DNA from: Vicugna vicugna | Lineage: Eukaryota | NCBI GenBank assembly: GCA_013265495.1 | Contig: MU058198.1 | Location: forward strand, 1,624,419-1,688,418 | Length of the DNA: 64,000 nt | Reading direction: 5' to 3' | Shown: positions 28,001 through 43,000 of the stretch, one piece after another | Layout of the letters: each line of letters begins with the position of its first letter | Position numbering within the stretch: position 1 is the first letter of the stretch | Position numbers and translations under genes: made by a program | Notes under the pieces: generated by a model | Databases searched by the model: none | What the model was told of the DNA's origin: nothing | Seen by the model: the letters and a program-made list of their open reading frames with translations, nothing else

Positions 28001-31000
28001 TGAGTGAGAGCCAAACCCAGTTGCCTAACAGGGTTTCTAGTCTTAGCAACACATCTCCCCATCCATTCCCCTGAAAGAAGTGTGGAAAAACCAACAGCAT
28101 CCTGAGAATCTCCAATCCACAAAACAGCAGTTAAAATAGTACAAATTCTCACACACAAACTCTAGAGGCATTTGGAGAAAGAAGGAAAGCAGGTGAAGAG
28201 ATCTTTCATTTGATCATATTTCATGGAATTTTAGAACTCAGAGAGCCACTCTGTTGGTGGCTGTTGTTTGTTTAAAGAAGAGGAAACTGAGGCCCATAAA
28301 GGTTAAAAGGTTTTGCCCAAAGTCACTGAAAGCTGGGCTTAGAGCTCAGGTTCAAAGTCCTTTTTTTTTCTTTTGAAATTAAAATCTCTGACTTAATTTT
28401 CTAGTCACAATCTGTCATCAACTCTGTAGCTGGAAATGAAAGCTTCACCAGCAGCTAGTCAGCTGAAGTGAAGGTTACCCTAAACCAGAGTGAGAAAAAC
28501 AGCCTTTGATGAGGCCATTCAGTCATATTGTTGTGGGAATTTACATGCATTTCGAACAAAAAGCCTTCTGAAGGGAGGGAGAAACCTTACTTTTCAATGA
28601 ATTTGCCAAATCCAAATTCCAGCATATTTGAGAGGCAGGTCATTTCAGTGGGCTTTATTTCAGAGCCAACAATCTCACTGATCTGCAAAGAGAAAAGCAA
28701 GTATGTATTGTCCGAGGTAGCACTGCCCAGTAGACTTTTCGTGGTGATCAAAATGTTCCGTGTTTGCACTCTCTTCTGTAGGAGCCACCAGTCACATTCA
28801 GTTGTGAAGCCCTGGAAATGTGGCTAGTGTGACTGAGGAACTGATTTTCAAATTTTATTTAATTTTACTTAATTTATATTTAAATAGCTGTATGTAGCTA
28901 GTGGCTACCAAATTGGACAGTGCAGGTCTAAGGATGTGGGAGGCAGACTGGGGTCCACACCTGCATTATGCCTGGTTTACTGGTAGGGGTTATTCTCCCA
29001 CTGGAACTTGGCATAGTGCAAACTCGTGAGCACCTTACAGGCTCATAACCAAGTCTGGTTTGTTTCTGTGCTCACAGGGCTGAGTGCAAAACCTGGCCCA
29101 TGACAGAAGCTGAATAAAAAGAGGAAGTTGTGAGTACATGGGACAACAGGCAGATCCCCAAATTCTGTGATCTGAGGATGCTGGGAAGGAGGAAGGGCTC
29201 CCCCACCAAAATCTTCCTTTCCAACCTGGTGTACTAACTTGCTGGAAATGTTAGCCCTTCTTGTGCCCATTCCTTTGGTGTAAATATCACCCAACCTTAT
29301 TGCATAATTGAAAGTATCCCTGAGAAAGATCTTTAATGAATTCCCTGATAGAGACTGAGAGATCTGAACAGTATGAGGATTATGTGTGCTTAGGAAGAGA
29401 ATGGGGGCTCAGGGGAATGAGGCTCTGTGAAAAAACCTCACCTACTGCCCAGTTTTGTCTCTGTCCAGCCCCATTAGGACTAAAGAATGTCAAAGCAGGA
29501 AGGCACATGAAAGTTGCATTATGTTCTGTCTTATTTAGCCCTGTGTCCCTGGGGCCTGGGCATTTAGTGGGCATCAACAAGTACTAATGGAGTGAAAGCA
29601 TGAGTGAACCAGCTAATTCAAATGGCTTCCAATCTGAGTTCTGAGGACACCTGGAAGACCATTAAGACAGAAATAATAAAAGGGATTAATATTTTTTGAG
29701 GGCTTACTATGTAGTAGGTATTGTTTTAAGAGCTTTACATACTTATTTCATTCTCCCAAAACAATGAAGAAGGTACTAATGTATTATCATTCCCATTTTC
29801 CATATAAGAAAACTGAGAAAAAGAAATTAAGTATCTTGTCTAAGACCATCTAGCTAATAAATGGCAGAATTGGGACTTGGATTCAGTTCAGACTCCAAAG
29901 CTCTCATCCATCATATGCCGGTGTTTCTCGCAGGTCTTCTATGTACAGTTGTGCAGGTTGTATACTGCATAACTCTAGAAAGTACAATTCACACTATAGT
30001 GCACAAAAACAGCATTCCCAAAGGATAATCTGCACAACTGTACCTGGTGGCCCTGGGATCTCACTTATTCTCTAATACCTGAAAGTATAGCTTAGAATAA
30101 CACACTGACTATCTCTAGGATTAAATGACATAACTGTTAGAGCACTTGGCGTAGTACTTAGCCTGTGGAAGGACTGAGATTCATAGTTTTATTTTTCAAA
30201 TTGCCATTGTTAATTACAGAGATAAACAGGCACCTACTCTTCTAATTCTAAGAACCTGGAGTTATGCTGTCCAATACACAGCCACTAACCTCTTGTAGCT
30301 ATTGAGAACTTGACATGTGACTAGTCCATACTGAGATGTGCTACAGGTATAAGCACACCATATTTCTAAGATTTAGTATGAAACTTGCAACATGATAGAT
30401 CACATTAACATTTTTATATTGATTACCTATTGAGCTGATGTCTTAGATATGTTTGGTTAAATATATTCATAAAATTTATTTCACCTGTTTATACTTTTTA
30501 AAATGTGGCTACTGGAAACTTTGGAATTACACATATGTTCATATCATACTTCTACTGGGCAGCAGCGTCCAAGGGGGCCAGCTTGGGGACACGGTAGTGC
30601 CATGTCACCTTGTTCCATCTTGTTTTGCACCACAGTGGCAATAAAGTCTGTGTCTCAAACACAGAGACTAGCCTTTCCTGCTTAAGTTCTGGGAAATGGT
30701 CAGAAATCTCAATACAACCACCTCATGACCCCAGAAGACCTGTTCTGTAGACTGGAGAGCTACGGGAGGTTTAGCCTTGCAGAGCCCCCGGCTAGAGCCA
30801 AATCTGTGCACGTGGATCTCCTGAGTTAGGCATTAGGACTGAGAATGGCTTCCCCGGGCCTGGGGCTGTCACTGGGGTGGCTTGTGGTGTGACCTACAAA
30901 GCAGGCAGGAATGGGCTCTGGGTAGGGGGCTGCTCAGAGCATACCAGGTGGCCTTTGCCCTTTCCGAGCCTGCCTTTAATCGTTGGGCTCATTGGGATTC

Positions 31001-34000
31001 CACTGTCGGTGCTCTTTACTCAGGAGCCACCTTCCTGGGGCGACAATTCACTCTTGTAGCTCACTGCCCACTATTATCCACTCCCTCCCTCTGACCTGAT
31101 ATTTCTTGCCCCCTTTTCATCCATCAAGGCTGCATCAAACAGACCTAGATTCCAATTACCTTCCCCACTACTCACTAGCAACGTGACAATCTACTGCCCC
31201 TCGTTCAAAGGGTTGTTGGGAGGATGAAATGAGAGAATCTCTATAAAGTATGTAACAGTACCCAGTACATAGTTGGTACTCAATACACTTTAGCTATATT
31301 TATTATTATTATTATTATTATTATTTTAAATTTCAAGGAATATTTTTCCCAGTCTGTCCATCTAAGTGGCTTATAAATGAGAATTATTAATGTCTAGGAA
31401 TGGTTGGGATTTTTAAAGTGCCCATGTGTGAGAACAGTGTTATCCTAGGGGAAGCACCAGGTAGAAGGGATGGCTTTCCAAGTTCCCTGGAGCATCGTTT
31501 AAATGCCATTGATGACGGTACTTTCCATAATGCCATCTTATGGCACTGCTGGAGGCCACCTGTCTACCTAACCTCCCTAACCCTCTAAATGGGTCAAAGC
31601 CCTAGTCAGGCTAGGTCCACAGGGAGAAGCGCCGTATGAATACCAAGTGAGGGAAGCTACCCATGTGCAGATCCCTCTGCTGGGGCAGCTCAAGACCAGA
31701 AGTCCATGAGATGACCTCTCCTCTGCACTTTTTTGACACCCTTTTGCTTAAGTTTTGAGTTTCAAGTCTTTCTGAGAAATTCAAAGAAGCTGCTCTCTAC
31801 AGGAAGATCCTGACTCTCTCATGTATCAAGATCTCTGCTGTCCTAGGGAGATCAAAATACTCCTAGTCACTGGGCTCAGGTGGCATTCTCTGGGAGATGA
31901 TGGTTGTGGTCTCAGACTGAGTCCTTCTAGAGACAATGTCTTCAGTCTTGTGCATGGTTCCCAGAAAGGGAATTCCAGGGCCAGTCAGAGAGGAATCTGC
32001 CTATGGAGAGCCAGTCTCCTCTCCACCTCCACACAGAGCAACAACTTGGCAGAGGACGTTTCAAGGCCATTGCTAGCCCTTGAATGTGATGATTATTTTG
32101 GAAGCACAGTGAGTTTTCTTTTTTCTGCTTAGTATTCACACCACATTTATCACCCTCACACTTGGTTGCTTATAAAAATCCCAACCATTTTTAGGCAGAA
32201 TATTTATTATTCTCATTTATGGACTCAAAGGGCTGAAAGAAGAGTATAAAATTATTTCTGATCATAGCTTGTTGGACGATGAAGCTGACACCACCGTCAA
32301 ATCAAGCGGGAAACATCTGGCTTTGTTAGGAGCCCCCCAGGGACAGGTGTGACTTTCCCCTTTGTATAGCCTAGGTCAGAACAAATCCAGGCCCCTCCCA
32401 TTGTAATTCAACACCCTTGTCAGCTTTTAGAATCCTTTTAGGAGATACTTTGTGGCCCCTGGCTGGAACAATACTCAACCACTGGCAATGGGGTCCCCTC
32501 CAAAAGGATCAACCTGCTCATGTGGAGAGGCAGGTCACTCTTCCCTTCCTTTAAAAGGATATTTCCCCCTTTTCTACCCTCTTGGCCTCAAGTACATTCT
32601 CCCTTGAGAGAGAGGAAGCTTGGCCTATTAATGATTCCTGCCTTCCAAAGGACTACCAGGACCAAGGCTGGGCTGGGCTGGGCTGGGCTGGGCTGGTTGG
32701 GGGGTGGGCAGTGACAGGGACCTGCTGCCAGTGACGATCTTTCATTCCTGGGTTGCAGGAAATGCTGAGGATAGGGATGTGTTGCTTGAACTTATCAATC
32801 TTGCTTTTCACATTCTCTGCTAAGCGCCTGGGTGCAGGCATGTCAGTTAAGGTCTTGGTCAGTTTATATACGGTCCTCCACATATTCCCTATTTCCTCCG
32901 CGATCTCCTCGGCATTCAGTAAACAGAGGGGTCCTGAAATAGAAAAGATGGGGTGAGGGAAGGGTCAGAGCACTAAGCAGTGTTTGTTATGTGTACCTTT
33001 AACTCCCTGAATCTAGAACTGCACCTATGGTGTGGATATTGGAACAAGCGCAGGCTTTGGAGTTGTCTATTTAGACAGTGATGCCTTAGCCATAGTTACT
33101 GAACTTTTCTAAGTCTCAGCAGTCTCGCCTGTGATACAGGGGTAATAATGAATACCTTAGGGGGTGACTGTGAAAATTATGTGACATAAGTAAAGTGGCT
33201 GTCATAATGTCTGGCATATAATGCAAATGCAGTTACGGAATCAACTGTTAGTATAAGTTGTAGATGCAATTACAGAACAACGTAAAATACCACGTTAATG
33301 GTCAAAGCAAGGAAAATCATATAACATAAATTGATGCAGAAAAAGCACTTGACAAAATCCAATATCCATTCATGATAAAAATCTCTAAACTAGAAATAGA
33401 AGACAGATTCCTCAGTCTGATAAAAGGCACCTAAGAAAAACCTACACTAGCATTACATTTTTGTATATATTAAATGTGGATATCTGTATGCAAAAGAATG
33501 AACTTCAACTTACACTGCATATCTTATATAAAAATTAACTCAAAATGGACCATAGATCTAATGTAAAACATAAAAGTATAAAATTTCTGAAGAAAATAAA
33601 GAACAACATCTTCATGACCCTGGTTAGGCTAAGAATTCTTAGACATGACACCAAAAGCACAACCCATAAAAGAAAAATTGATAAATTGGGCTTCATCAAA
33701 ATTAAAAATTTTTTCTGTGTGAAAGACACCATTAAGAGAAAAAAAGACAAGATACAAACTGGGAGAAAATATCTGCAAACCAACGTCTGACAAAGGGTTT
33801 ACATCCAAAATACATAAAGACCTCTCAAACCTCAATAGTAAGAAAACAAATACCTTGATTAAATAAAATGGGTAAAAACCTTGAGCCAATATTTCACTAA
33901 AAAGGATATACAACTGGCAAAGAAGCGCTTAAAGAGATGTTCAACATCATTAGGCATCAGGAAAATGCAAATTAAAACAATCGTCTAAGAGAATGGCTAA

Positions 34001-37000
34001 AAAACATTGACAATACCAAGTGCTGATGAGGATGTGGAACAACTGGAACTGCTGGCACATGGGAAAGTGGTATGACCACTGTGGAAAACACGAGTTGGGC
34101 ATTTGCTTACAAAGTTATACATATACTTTAAATACAGCTTAGCCATTTACTCCTGGGCATTTACCCTGGAGGAAGGAAAGCTTATGTTCACACAAAATCT
34201 TGTACATGAATGTTTATAGCAGCTCTATTCATAATAGCCTGAAACTGGAAACAGCCTAAATATCCATCAGTGGGTGAAAGACTAAACAAACTGGTACAGC
34301 CAGATAATGGAATACCACCCAGCAATAAAAGGAATGGACCTATGGATACATCCAACAACTTGGATGAATCTCAAAGGCAGTATGCTGAGTGTAAAAAGCA
34401 TACTCAAAGGTTGTGAAAGGTTACACACTGTTTCATCCCATTTATATGACAGTTTCAAAAAGACAAAACTCTAGTAACAATGAAGAGATCAACAGTCACC
34501 AGGTGTTAAGGCTGCAGGGAGAGTGTGACTACAAAGGGGCACTACAAGGAAGCTTATTGAGGTGATGATTGTTCCATTTCCTGATTGTGGTGAATCAACA
34601 CATGCGTTAAAGTTCACAGAACTGTCTGCCAAAAATGTCAGTTTTACTGTGCATGAATTTAAAAATTAAAATGTAAAAAATTTAAAATGTATTATCTCTT
34701 TCTAATAAAAAGACTTTGTAAATTTCTCTTTTTTTTTTAGTTTTTTAAGTTGAAGTATAGTTGTATCAGTTTCTGGTGTACAGCATAATGTTTCGGTCAT
34801 ACATAAACATACATATATTCATTTTCATATTTATACCTTCTTAACATCATAAATATTTTGTGCCTCAAACCAACAAAAAGCATCATGTTTAAAGGTGATG
34901 CTCTTGAAGAATTCCCATTAAAATCAGGAATAAGACAAAGGTGCCCACAATTACTGCTGTTTATTTTGGAAGTACGAGTCAACACAGAAACGTGAATCTA
35001 AAAAGGGGTGTGAAAATGACAAATAAGGTAAAATATTCTAAATGTACAGATATTATTGAGTACCTGGAAAAATGAAAAATCTCAATGGAAATATTTAAAA
35101 CTGAAAATTATTTAAATAAGGTAGTTTAATAATAGAAAAAAAATGGGTGAACACACAGATAGTCTTTTATAAAACAAGGAATACAACTGACCAATAAACA
35201 TTCAACTTCAATTAAATGAAAGAATACTTTTTAATAATGAAAAAGAAAATATCATTTTAAACATCAGCAAAAAAGTTTTCAAAGCTATTACATACTAAGT
35301 TTGCTGAGGAAATGAGTAATAGGCACTAAGATACTGCTAGGAGAATAATAAATTAAAATATGTGACTTTTCTGGAAGGCAATACCAATAACAAAAGCAGT
35401 TTTTAAAGTCCTAATAATTTTATTACATTCCTCAATAAATTTCCTTATAGTATCCCTTTGAAATGGATCTACATTCCATCTCACTTATAGTAATTTATCC
35501 TAAGAAAATTATCATTATTGTGTTCAGAAAATTGGCAACAAAGATGTTCATTGCAGTTGAGTTTATAATATTGAAGCACTGCAAACAAGCTAAAGGTGCA
35601 ACCCTAAAGATTTCAGATTTTGTCCTCTGCACTTACATACTCTTCCCAGGCGATGTCATTGATGACTTTTAATTGTAACCTGCACATCAATTATTCCCCA
35701 ATATAAATCCCACCTCCCACTAAAACTTAACTCCAGACTGACATACTCAACCGCTAATTTATATCCCCATTTGGATGTTTGTAGACATGTAACTTAGCGT
35801 ATTCAAGCTGATGGCTTTCTCCCAATAGATTTGTCATTTCTGTTGTTTTTTGATGGCATTATCCACCAAATTCCCTGCGCTAATAGTCTGGAATTCACCC
35901 TCAGTGCTTCTTTCTCCCTCCCTGCCCCATATCAGATCAATCATGAAGTCCTATTGACTCTACCTCCTCACTATTTCTCCAGCCTTCAGGATCTGAAAGG
36001 ATAAATTGGGAGTTTGAGATTTACAGATACTAAACATTATATATAAAATAGATAAACAACAAGTTTATACTGTATAGCACAGGGAACTATATTCAGTATC
36101 TTGTAGTAACCTATAATGAAAAAGAATATGAAAATGAATATATGTATGTTATATGTATGACTGAACTATTATGCTGTACACCAGAAATTGACACAATTTT
36201 GTAAACTGACTGTATTTCAATAAAAAAGAAAATGAAAAAAAAAAAGAAAAAGAAAGAAAAAAATAGAATTTCAATAAAAAAGAAAATGAAAGGAAAAAAA
36301 GAAAATGAAAAAAAAAAAGAAAAAGAAAGAAAAAAATAGAAGTCGCTTACAGAGATCTATGGCACTCTGGCCTTCCCTGAAACATAATAGAGGAACTGCC
36401 ATCTTATTCTCCCACCATCTGCCTCTCTGAGTCACTACCCAATCCATGGCTCTGAGCGGTTGCCTATTCCATTTGACTCTAGCAATAAGTCTGGCTCTTT
36501 GATCCCTATCTTCTGTCATTATCACATCAGAAAAATTTGACTATGGTTGCCTTAATCCAGAGTATGAGAATATGATAAAAAGTCCAGCCAGAATCTGAAG
36601 TCCAAATCCAATTTCAGAACTGGGCTGGATCCACTACCCCATCCCCATCTTGCCCCAGCAGACTGAGACTGTGGCATACCATTCATCCACTCCTCCGACT
36701 TGATGCTAAACTCATAGGCTGTCACCCACAGCTGCTCATAAGGCACTTTGTTGGTCAACACGGTTTGCAGAAGAGGGAAGGTACTCTTCTCCTTTTCCAA
36801 CAGATCCTCCTCCTTATTGATCAACTGCAGGGCAAAAGGGGATGCTGTTTATTGGGTGGGTGACTCTTCTGAACCCGAGAAGCCACCATGGCAAATTCCT
36901 CAGTGCTTTCAAAACCAAGCTGAGGAAGATGCACGTTAATCTGGAGAGCAGGAGAGGAAAATAAAACATGACCTCAAGTAAGAAGGTCCCTCTGCTACCT

Positions 37001-40000
37001 CTGAGGGCCATGGCAGCTGAGATTTAGCTGGGTGAAACTTTACAATAATTTGCCACTGGCTCCATCATCTTTGCTCCTACTGTACCATATCCATATCCCC
37101 ATTTTCACAATTTTCATATGTGCTTTAACTGTTCACATGATGTTGCCTTCTTGTGCTGAACTGCCTCAAAGGTAAAAAAGTCAATGATTAAAGTACTTAC
37201 TAGTGACCTTCTTAGGAAGTTACTTAGCCTCTCCAAGACTTAGTTCTCCCATTTAAATAGGGACAAATGAGGATAGTAACAGTGCCTACCCCAAAGGTTT
37301 ATACGGATATTAAGTGATATATCACATATGAAGCACTTTGCACATTGTGCACATAACAAATATTCAATATACATGAGCAATTATTCCATTATAATTTCTT
37401 CTTTGTGTACTTAATGACTAACAAAGAAGCTGGTATAATATAGGGGTGTAGAAAAAGGTAGCTGAAAGTACCAATAAAAGAACTGCTTCATCAATTAATA
37501 CTGTCAACCTGACAGGTTGTGTTAGGAAAAACACAAAACCAACAGAGCAGGACAGTCACAAGCCCCCATCCCGACTCCAAGACCCCAAACCTCAAATTCC
37601 ACCAGTGCTTGATCTAGGTTCTTCGAAAGCTCATTAAGCTTCTCAACATTGTTCTTCATTTCTTCTGTGGTCATCACTTCACGTTTCCTAAAACCTTCCA
37701 GTTCCTTGTTGTAGCCCTTAAGTTTTGTCTCAAATTCTGAGCACCTGAAAGTAAAGACAGCCCAGTCACTATTGGACTTTCCACTGTGTGATTTTCAAAC
37801 CCATATTCAAGCTTGGGGAGAATTTGATCTTCTGATACAATATATGTAGAACTTATAAATATATGTTATTATGTATAATTTATAATCCTACCTCCCAGAG
37901 ACAGCTGCTGTGAACCTATTGGTGGTTAAATATCTCCAGATGTTTCCTATATAGGTAAACGTATATCAAAGTATATATTATAATACATATATACACTATA
38001 TATTATATACACAAATATAAAATTTATGTATATACATATTATTCATTTCTTCATTAGATATTTATTATTAAGTGCCTAACTCCAAGAACTACTCTAGATA
38101 TCAGGAATGTATTTGTGAAGTACACTAATTAAGCCTTGTATTTTAGTTTGGGAAAACCCAGACAATAAACATACATCGATGGATGAATGGATGAATGGAT
38201 GGATGGATGGATGGATGGATGGACGGACGAGTGGATGGATAAATCCATACATAGATAAAAATGAAATGAGATTATTTTTGATAGTGACAAATGCTCTGGA
38301 GAAAACTGAACAGGGCAGGGTACCTAGCGGATGGAAGTGGAGAGCTACTTCAGTTGGAGTGATCAGGGAAGACCTTTCCAGAGATTTATCTACTTCACCT
38401 GTATTATCAACAACCCAGGTCTCAGATTACTTCTCCCTTTTCTTAATGAAGTAGACTAATATAGTGTTAGGTGGACAGGTTCTAGAGATGGACAGGCTAG
38501 GTTCAAGTCCCTACATTGCCACCAAAAGCTATGTGACCTTGGTCAAGTCACTTGACCTCTCTATGCCTCAGACAAATTAAATGGAATAGTAAGTACCCAC
38601 TTTAGTATTTAATAAGCTAACATATACAAAACGCTCAGAATTGAACCTGGTACATAATAATCACATATAAGTGTTTAGTCTCATTCACTAAAATGTAAAC
38701 TCTACCAATGCAGTTTTAAACTCTTTAATTCCTTTTTGTGTCTCCAGCACTTAGCAGAGTGTCTGGCATAAAACAGTATTCACTGAATGAATACGGGATT
38801 TGCCACTGAGAGCAGCTATAGTGACATACTACAAACTTGGCTATTATCTTAATAATACTTAATTATGTTAGGGCAGTTTTGATGTTCTTTTTTTTTTCCT
38901 TAAAAGTAATTTAAGAGAGTTAATTTTCAATGGTTTGATTTGGGTTTTATTTCTAATGGCACTGTGAGGTGAACAGCCTCTGGTCAGGTCCCCAAAGATT
39001 CACACCTCCTGGTGTTTATATCCTTGTGTAATTGTCTCCTCTTGAGTTTGGGCTAGAACTAATAACTCACTTCTAACAAAGAATATGGCAAAAGTTACGG
39101 GATGTCACTTCAAAGATTAGGTTACAAAAAGACTGCGACTTTCTCTTTCTCTGAACGAAGCCAGCTGCCATGTTATGAGCTATTCTATGGAAAGGCCCAT
39201 AGAGCAAGGAAAAGAGGGCAGTTTCTGGCCAAAAGACTATGAGGAACTGAATCCTACTAACAAGCATGTGAGAGAGACTGGAGGTGGATCCTCACCCAGT
39301 CGAGCACTCGGATGACACTGTAGCCTTGGCTGACACTCTGACTGCAACTTCATGAAAGACCCTGAGCCAGAGGTGTACTGTTAAGATGCACCTAGATTTC
39401 TGACCCACAGAAATTACAAGATAATAAATGCTTGTTGTTTTAAGCTGCTATGTTTCAGGGTGATTTGCCATGCACAAATATATAATTAATACACACTATT
39501 ATAACAGAATGTGGCCAACATAGTTTCTGCTTCTTTGAATTTTTTTAGGGGGAGAATCCTAAAATATGGTCAACTTTTGGAAATGTTCTATGGACATTTA
39601 AGAACAGCTTTTTCCACTGTAGAGCAGAAGGTCTGATACATATCCAACCAATTAAGGTTCTTAATTATTTACTTCTATTATCTCCTTATTCAACTTTCAC
39701 TTCATTTACTTTTAATTATTTGATATATAAGGGTTGTTGATCGCTTTAACATTATTTCACCCATCTAAGTAACTATGTTTGATTTATTAATGTTTTTGCC
39801 TTGTCTTTGACAATATCTGATATTAATATGGCTGACTCTGCCTTCTTTTCCTCCGTATTTGCACACTATACTCTTGCCGACAGACAACTTAAGTGTTCTT
39901 GTTACCTATTAGCACAGGAGATCAGGAACAAAGATTAGGTTAGTAGCAAGATTAAATCAGTTATTAAAAACTTATAGGAAATACAGAAGATGGAGGAACA

Positions 40001-43000
40001 TGTTAAATGACACCACAGAGGTGCAATCAGGAGAGTCTAGATCTAGGGACAAATGACTTGGTTTCTTTAATAAATACACTGCAAGGGAAAAAAGCAAAGG
40101 AGATGGAGGGGAACCTACAGATGAAAAGAAAATTAAAAGACATGTCAACCAATTACAATATTCTAGGCAATTTTGGATTCTGATTCAGGTTAGCAAGCCA
40201 TAAAAAGAAAAAAATTAGATCTGGTCTCCAGATTGAAAACCTTCAGTGACTTTCTAATACACATAATAAAGAACCCAAGTTCTTTACCGTGATCTCAAAG
40301 AACTGCTCCTCTAACTCTCCAGCCTCATTTTACAGCCACTCTCCTCCTCAGGCCAAGGTTCCCCCATGTTGGAACCATTGCTCATGCTACGGTCTGTGTC
40401 TCGACAGGGCCCCCTTATACTCACTCCCTCCCCACATCTTCACTTAATGGGCTCCTTCTCATCCTTCAAGTCTCATTTACATGAGTCCTTCCCTGACTTG
40501 CCCACTGAATGCAGTCCCTGTGCTCTGTTTGCTCTTTCATCTCTGTCTTAGAGTTTCTGTATTTATCTACTTTATCTGCCATCTCCCATGCCGTCTTTGT
40601 TCTCTGTATCTTCAGAGAAGAGGACCGGAGACAGGAGCACAAGAGGGGAAAAGGCAAGGTGGCCACTGCCACCCTCTTCCTCCCCTGATCGTTTTTCATC
40701 AAAGTCTTAAGGAGTCAAAGGTAGAGAATATAAGTGCTACGAGAGACAGCCTGCCTCTTCTCAGATTTTTGTCTTTATTTTGTATTAAACTGTGATTTTA
40801 GATTCTGGTAGGTATTAATTTAGAGAATATCCTTATTGGGGAAAAGTCTCATTCATTCATTCATCAAAACTGCGAGAACCAACTATCTGCAAGGCACTGT
40901 GCACTGTCTGGATCCCAGACGCCATCAGGGCACTCCCCCTAAGACATCTTCCTTTCTTCCCCTAAGATGCACTCTCATGGCAAAGAGCAGCTCACATTCC
41001 TGAGATGTCCATCATGCATATTCCAGGTCACTCCTAGGACCATGGAACCTACTACTGAACGGAACAGAGTTGAGGGAAAGCCGATTCTCCTGTTGCCCAC
41101 ACAATTAGCCCAGAAAAGCTGCTGGGTGCTTTTTACATCGTTAAAATTCTTGTTAAGGCTCCAAATACAGATCCACACACAAAGATAAATCTCTGATGGA
41201 AGCAGTTTTGAATTCTTCCCAGAAGGCAATGGTATACAAACTCAGTGATTATTGTAAAATATTAGTATTATTATTGATTTCCATTTCTTTTTAAAAATTT
41301 TTATTGAGGTATAGTTGACTTATTGTATGGGTTTCAGGTGTACAACACAGTGATTTGATAGTTTTATTGTATACACATCATACAAAGTTATCATAAAATA
41401 TTGACTATATTTCTTGTGCTGTGCATTACATCCCTGTGATGTATTTTATAGCTGATAATTCTTACTGTTTTAAATTTTTTATAATTTCTTAGCACAGTAT
41501 AGTTTCTGAAGTACTTTCACGTCCATAATATATACATACATAAGTGCATATCATTAGTAAATAGTAGGCACTCAGGAAATTAGGGTTTGGTAAATGAGTT
41601 CTATTCATGGGACCACACGGAGTCTGTGGGAGAATAATGCAAGAATTTAAAGACGGTGGACTAGTCAGAATTCTGGCAAGAAGTAGAATTTACTTCAATA
41701 TTCAAAGAAAGAGACGTTAATGAGGGGACTACTCACAGAGGTGAGATGTGGGTAGGGTTAAAGGAACAAATAGGGGACAGCGAAGCACCCAGAGATTAGC
41801 TTAGTATTGGCAGGAATTACAAAACCTGAAGTTGGGCAGTAGGAGTTTCATGCATGATGGGGATGGTAACTGGTATAAACATGCAGTTCCTAAACAAAGT
41901 GTTATAATCTGGGGGGTGTGTGTGTGTGTGTGTGTGTGTCTGTGGGCGTGCATGTGAACGCACACACACACACACACATGTTTTTACCATGTAGATGGTA
42001 CTTGACCCACTTCACTTGACATTGTCTGCCTTCTTCAGTTTGTCACTGCATTAAAATCTTTATTTAGCAGTCAAACACACTTATGTGTCTAGAATAGAGC
42101 ATAGCACCTACTAAAAATCTGTAATAAATACCCAGCGGAAAAATGATTACAGACACATTAGCCTTGAATGAGACCAGCTGCAAAACAGGCGATTTCTCAG
42201 CTTCCAGCCACGCCTTTATTATCAACCCTGGTTTGCTATCACACAGATCCGTAGTCTCCAATGTAAGGCTGACAATTTTGTTATTATTATCGTGAGGCCA
42301 TTATTACATGCTACTATTTTTGTCTTCTTCTCTCTGCACCACTAAATTCCAACTGTTCAAGGCAGGGAAGGAAGGCATTGGCAGGGGTTACTATAGTGAA
42401 GCAGGCTTGAGGAGAACATCCCTCACTGGGAAACAAAAGGAAATTCCCTCTCCACTGACTGTCCTCAGCCTTCGCCCACACATTGCTGGGCGGGGGGTGG
42501 GGGGTGGCTCTAAACAGAATCAGGAACTCATAGAGTGTTATCAAGCTTAGTACCATTTTAAAAACAACCTCAGACTTTCCCTGTACCTTTTAATGAGGTC
42601 CATCTCCGCCTGATCCCGCTTGCTAAGGAGAAGATTTCGGCTGTTTTCTAAGATATCTTCAATCTGGTCTGGCCAGAGGAACAGAGTGCTGTTCAGTTTG
42701 ATATCCTCTTCTGCAAAACACATACGGGACACTGCTCCAGGACACTGCTCAGCACAGGTCTGCTCGCAGGGAAGTTAACTGAGCAGGACAGGAGGTCAAC
42801 AGAATTGGGAACAGGGATGGCAATTAATGAATGGGCCCATTATTGATGAATGATAGCCAGCATTCATTGAGTACTTACCAGGGGCCAGGCTAGAAGACAG
42901 ACAGTATTATCACCCTTGTTTTTATGGATGGGAAACAAAGTTAAGCCAAGGGGTTCAAGGTCACACCACTAGAAGGCAGCAGAGCAGATTTCAAACCCAG

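Noticed and set aside
32666..32696. Resemblance to immunoglobulin switch GGGCT pentamers
   Set aside because: Only about six units with no GAGCT array or Ig context; a simple repeat.
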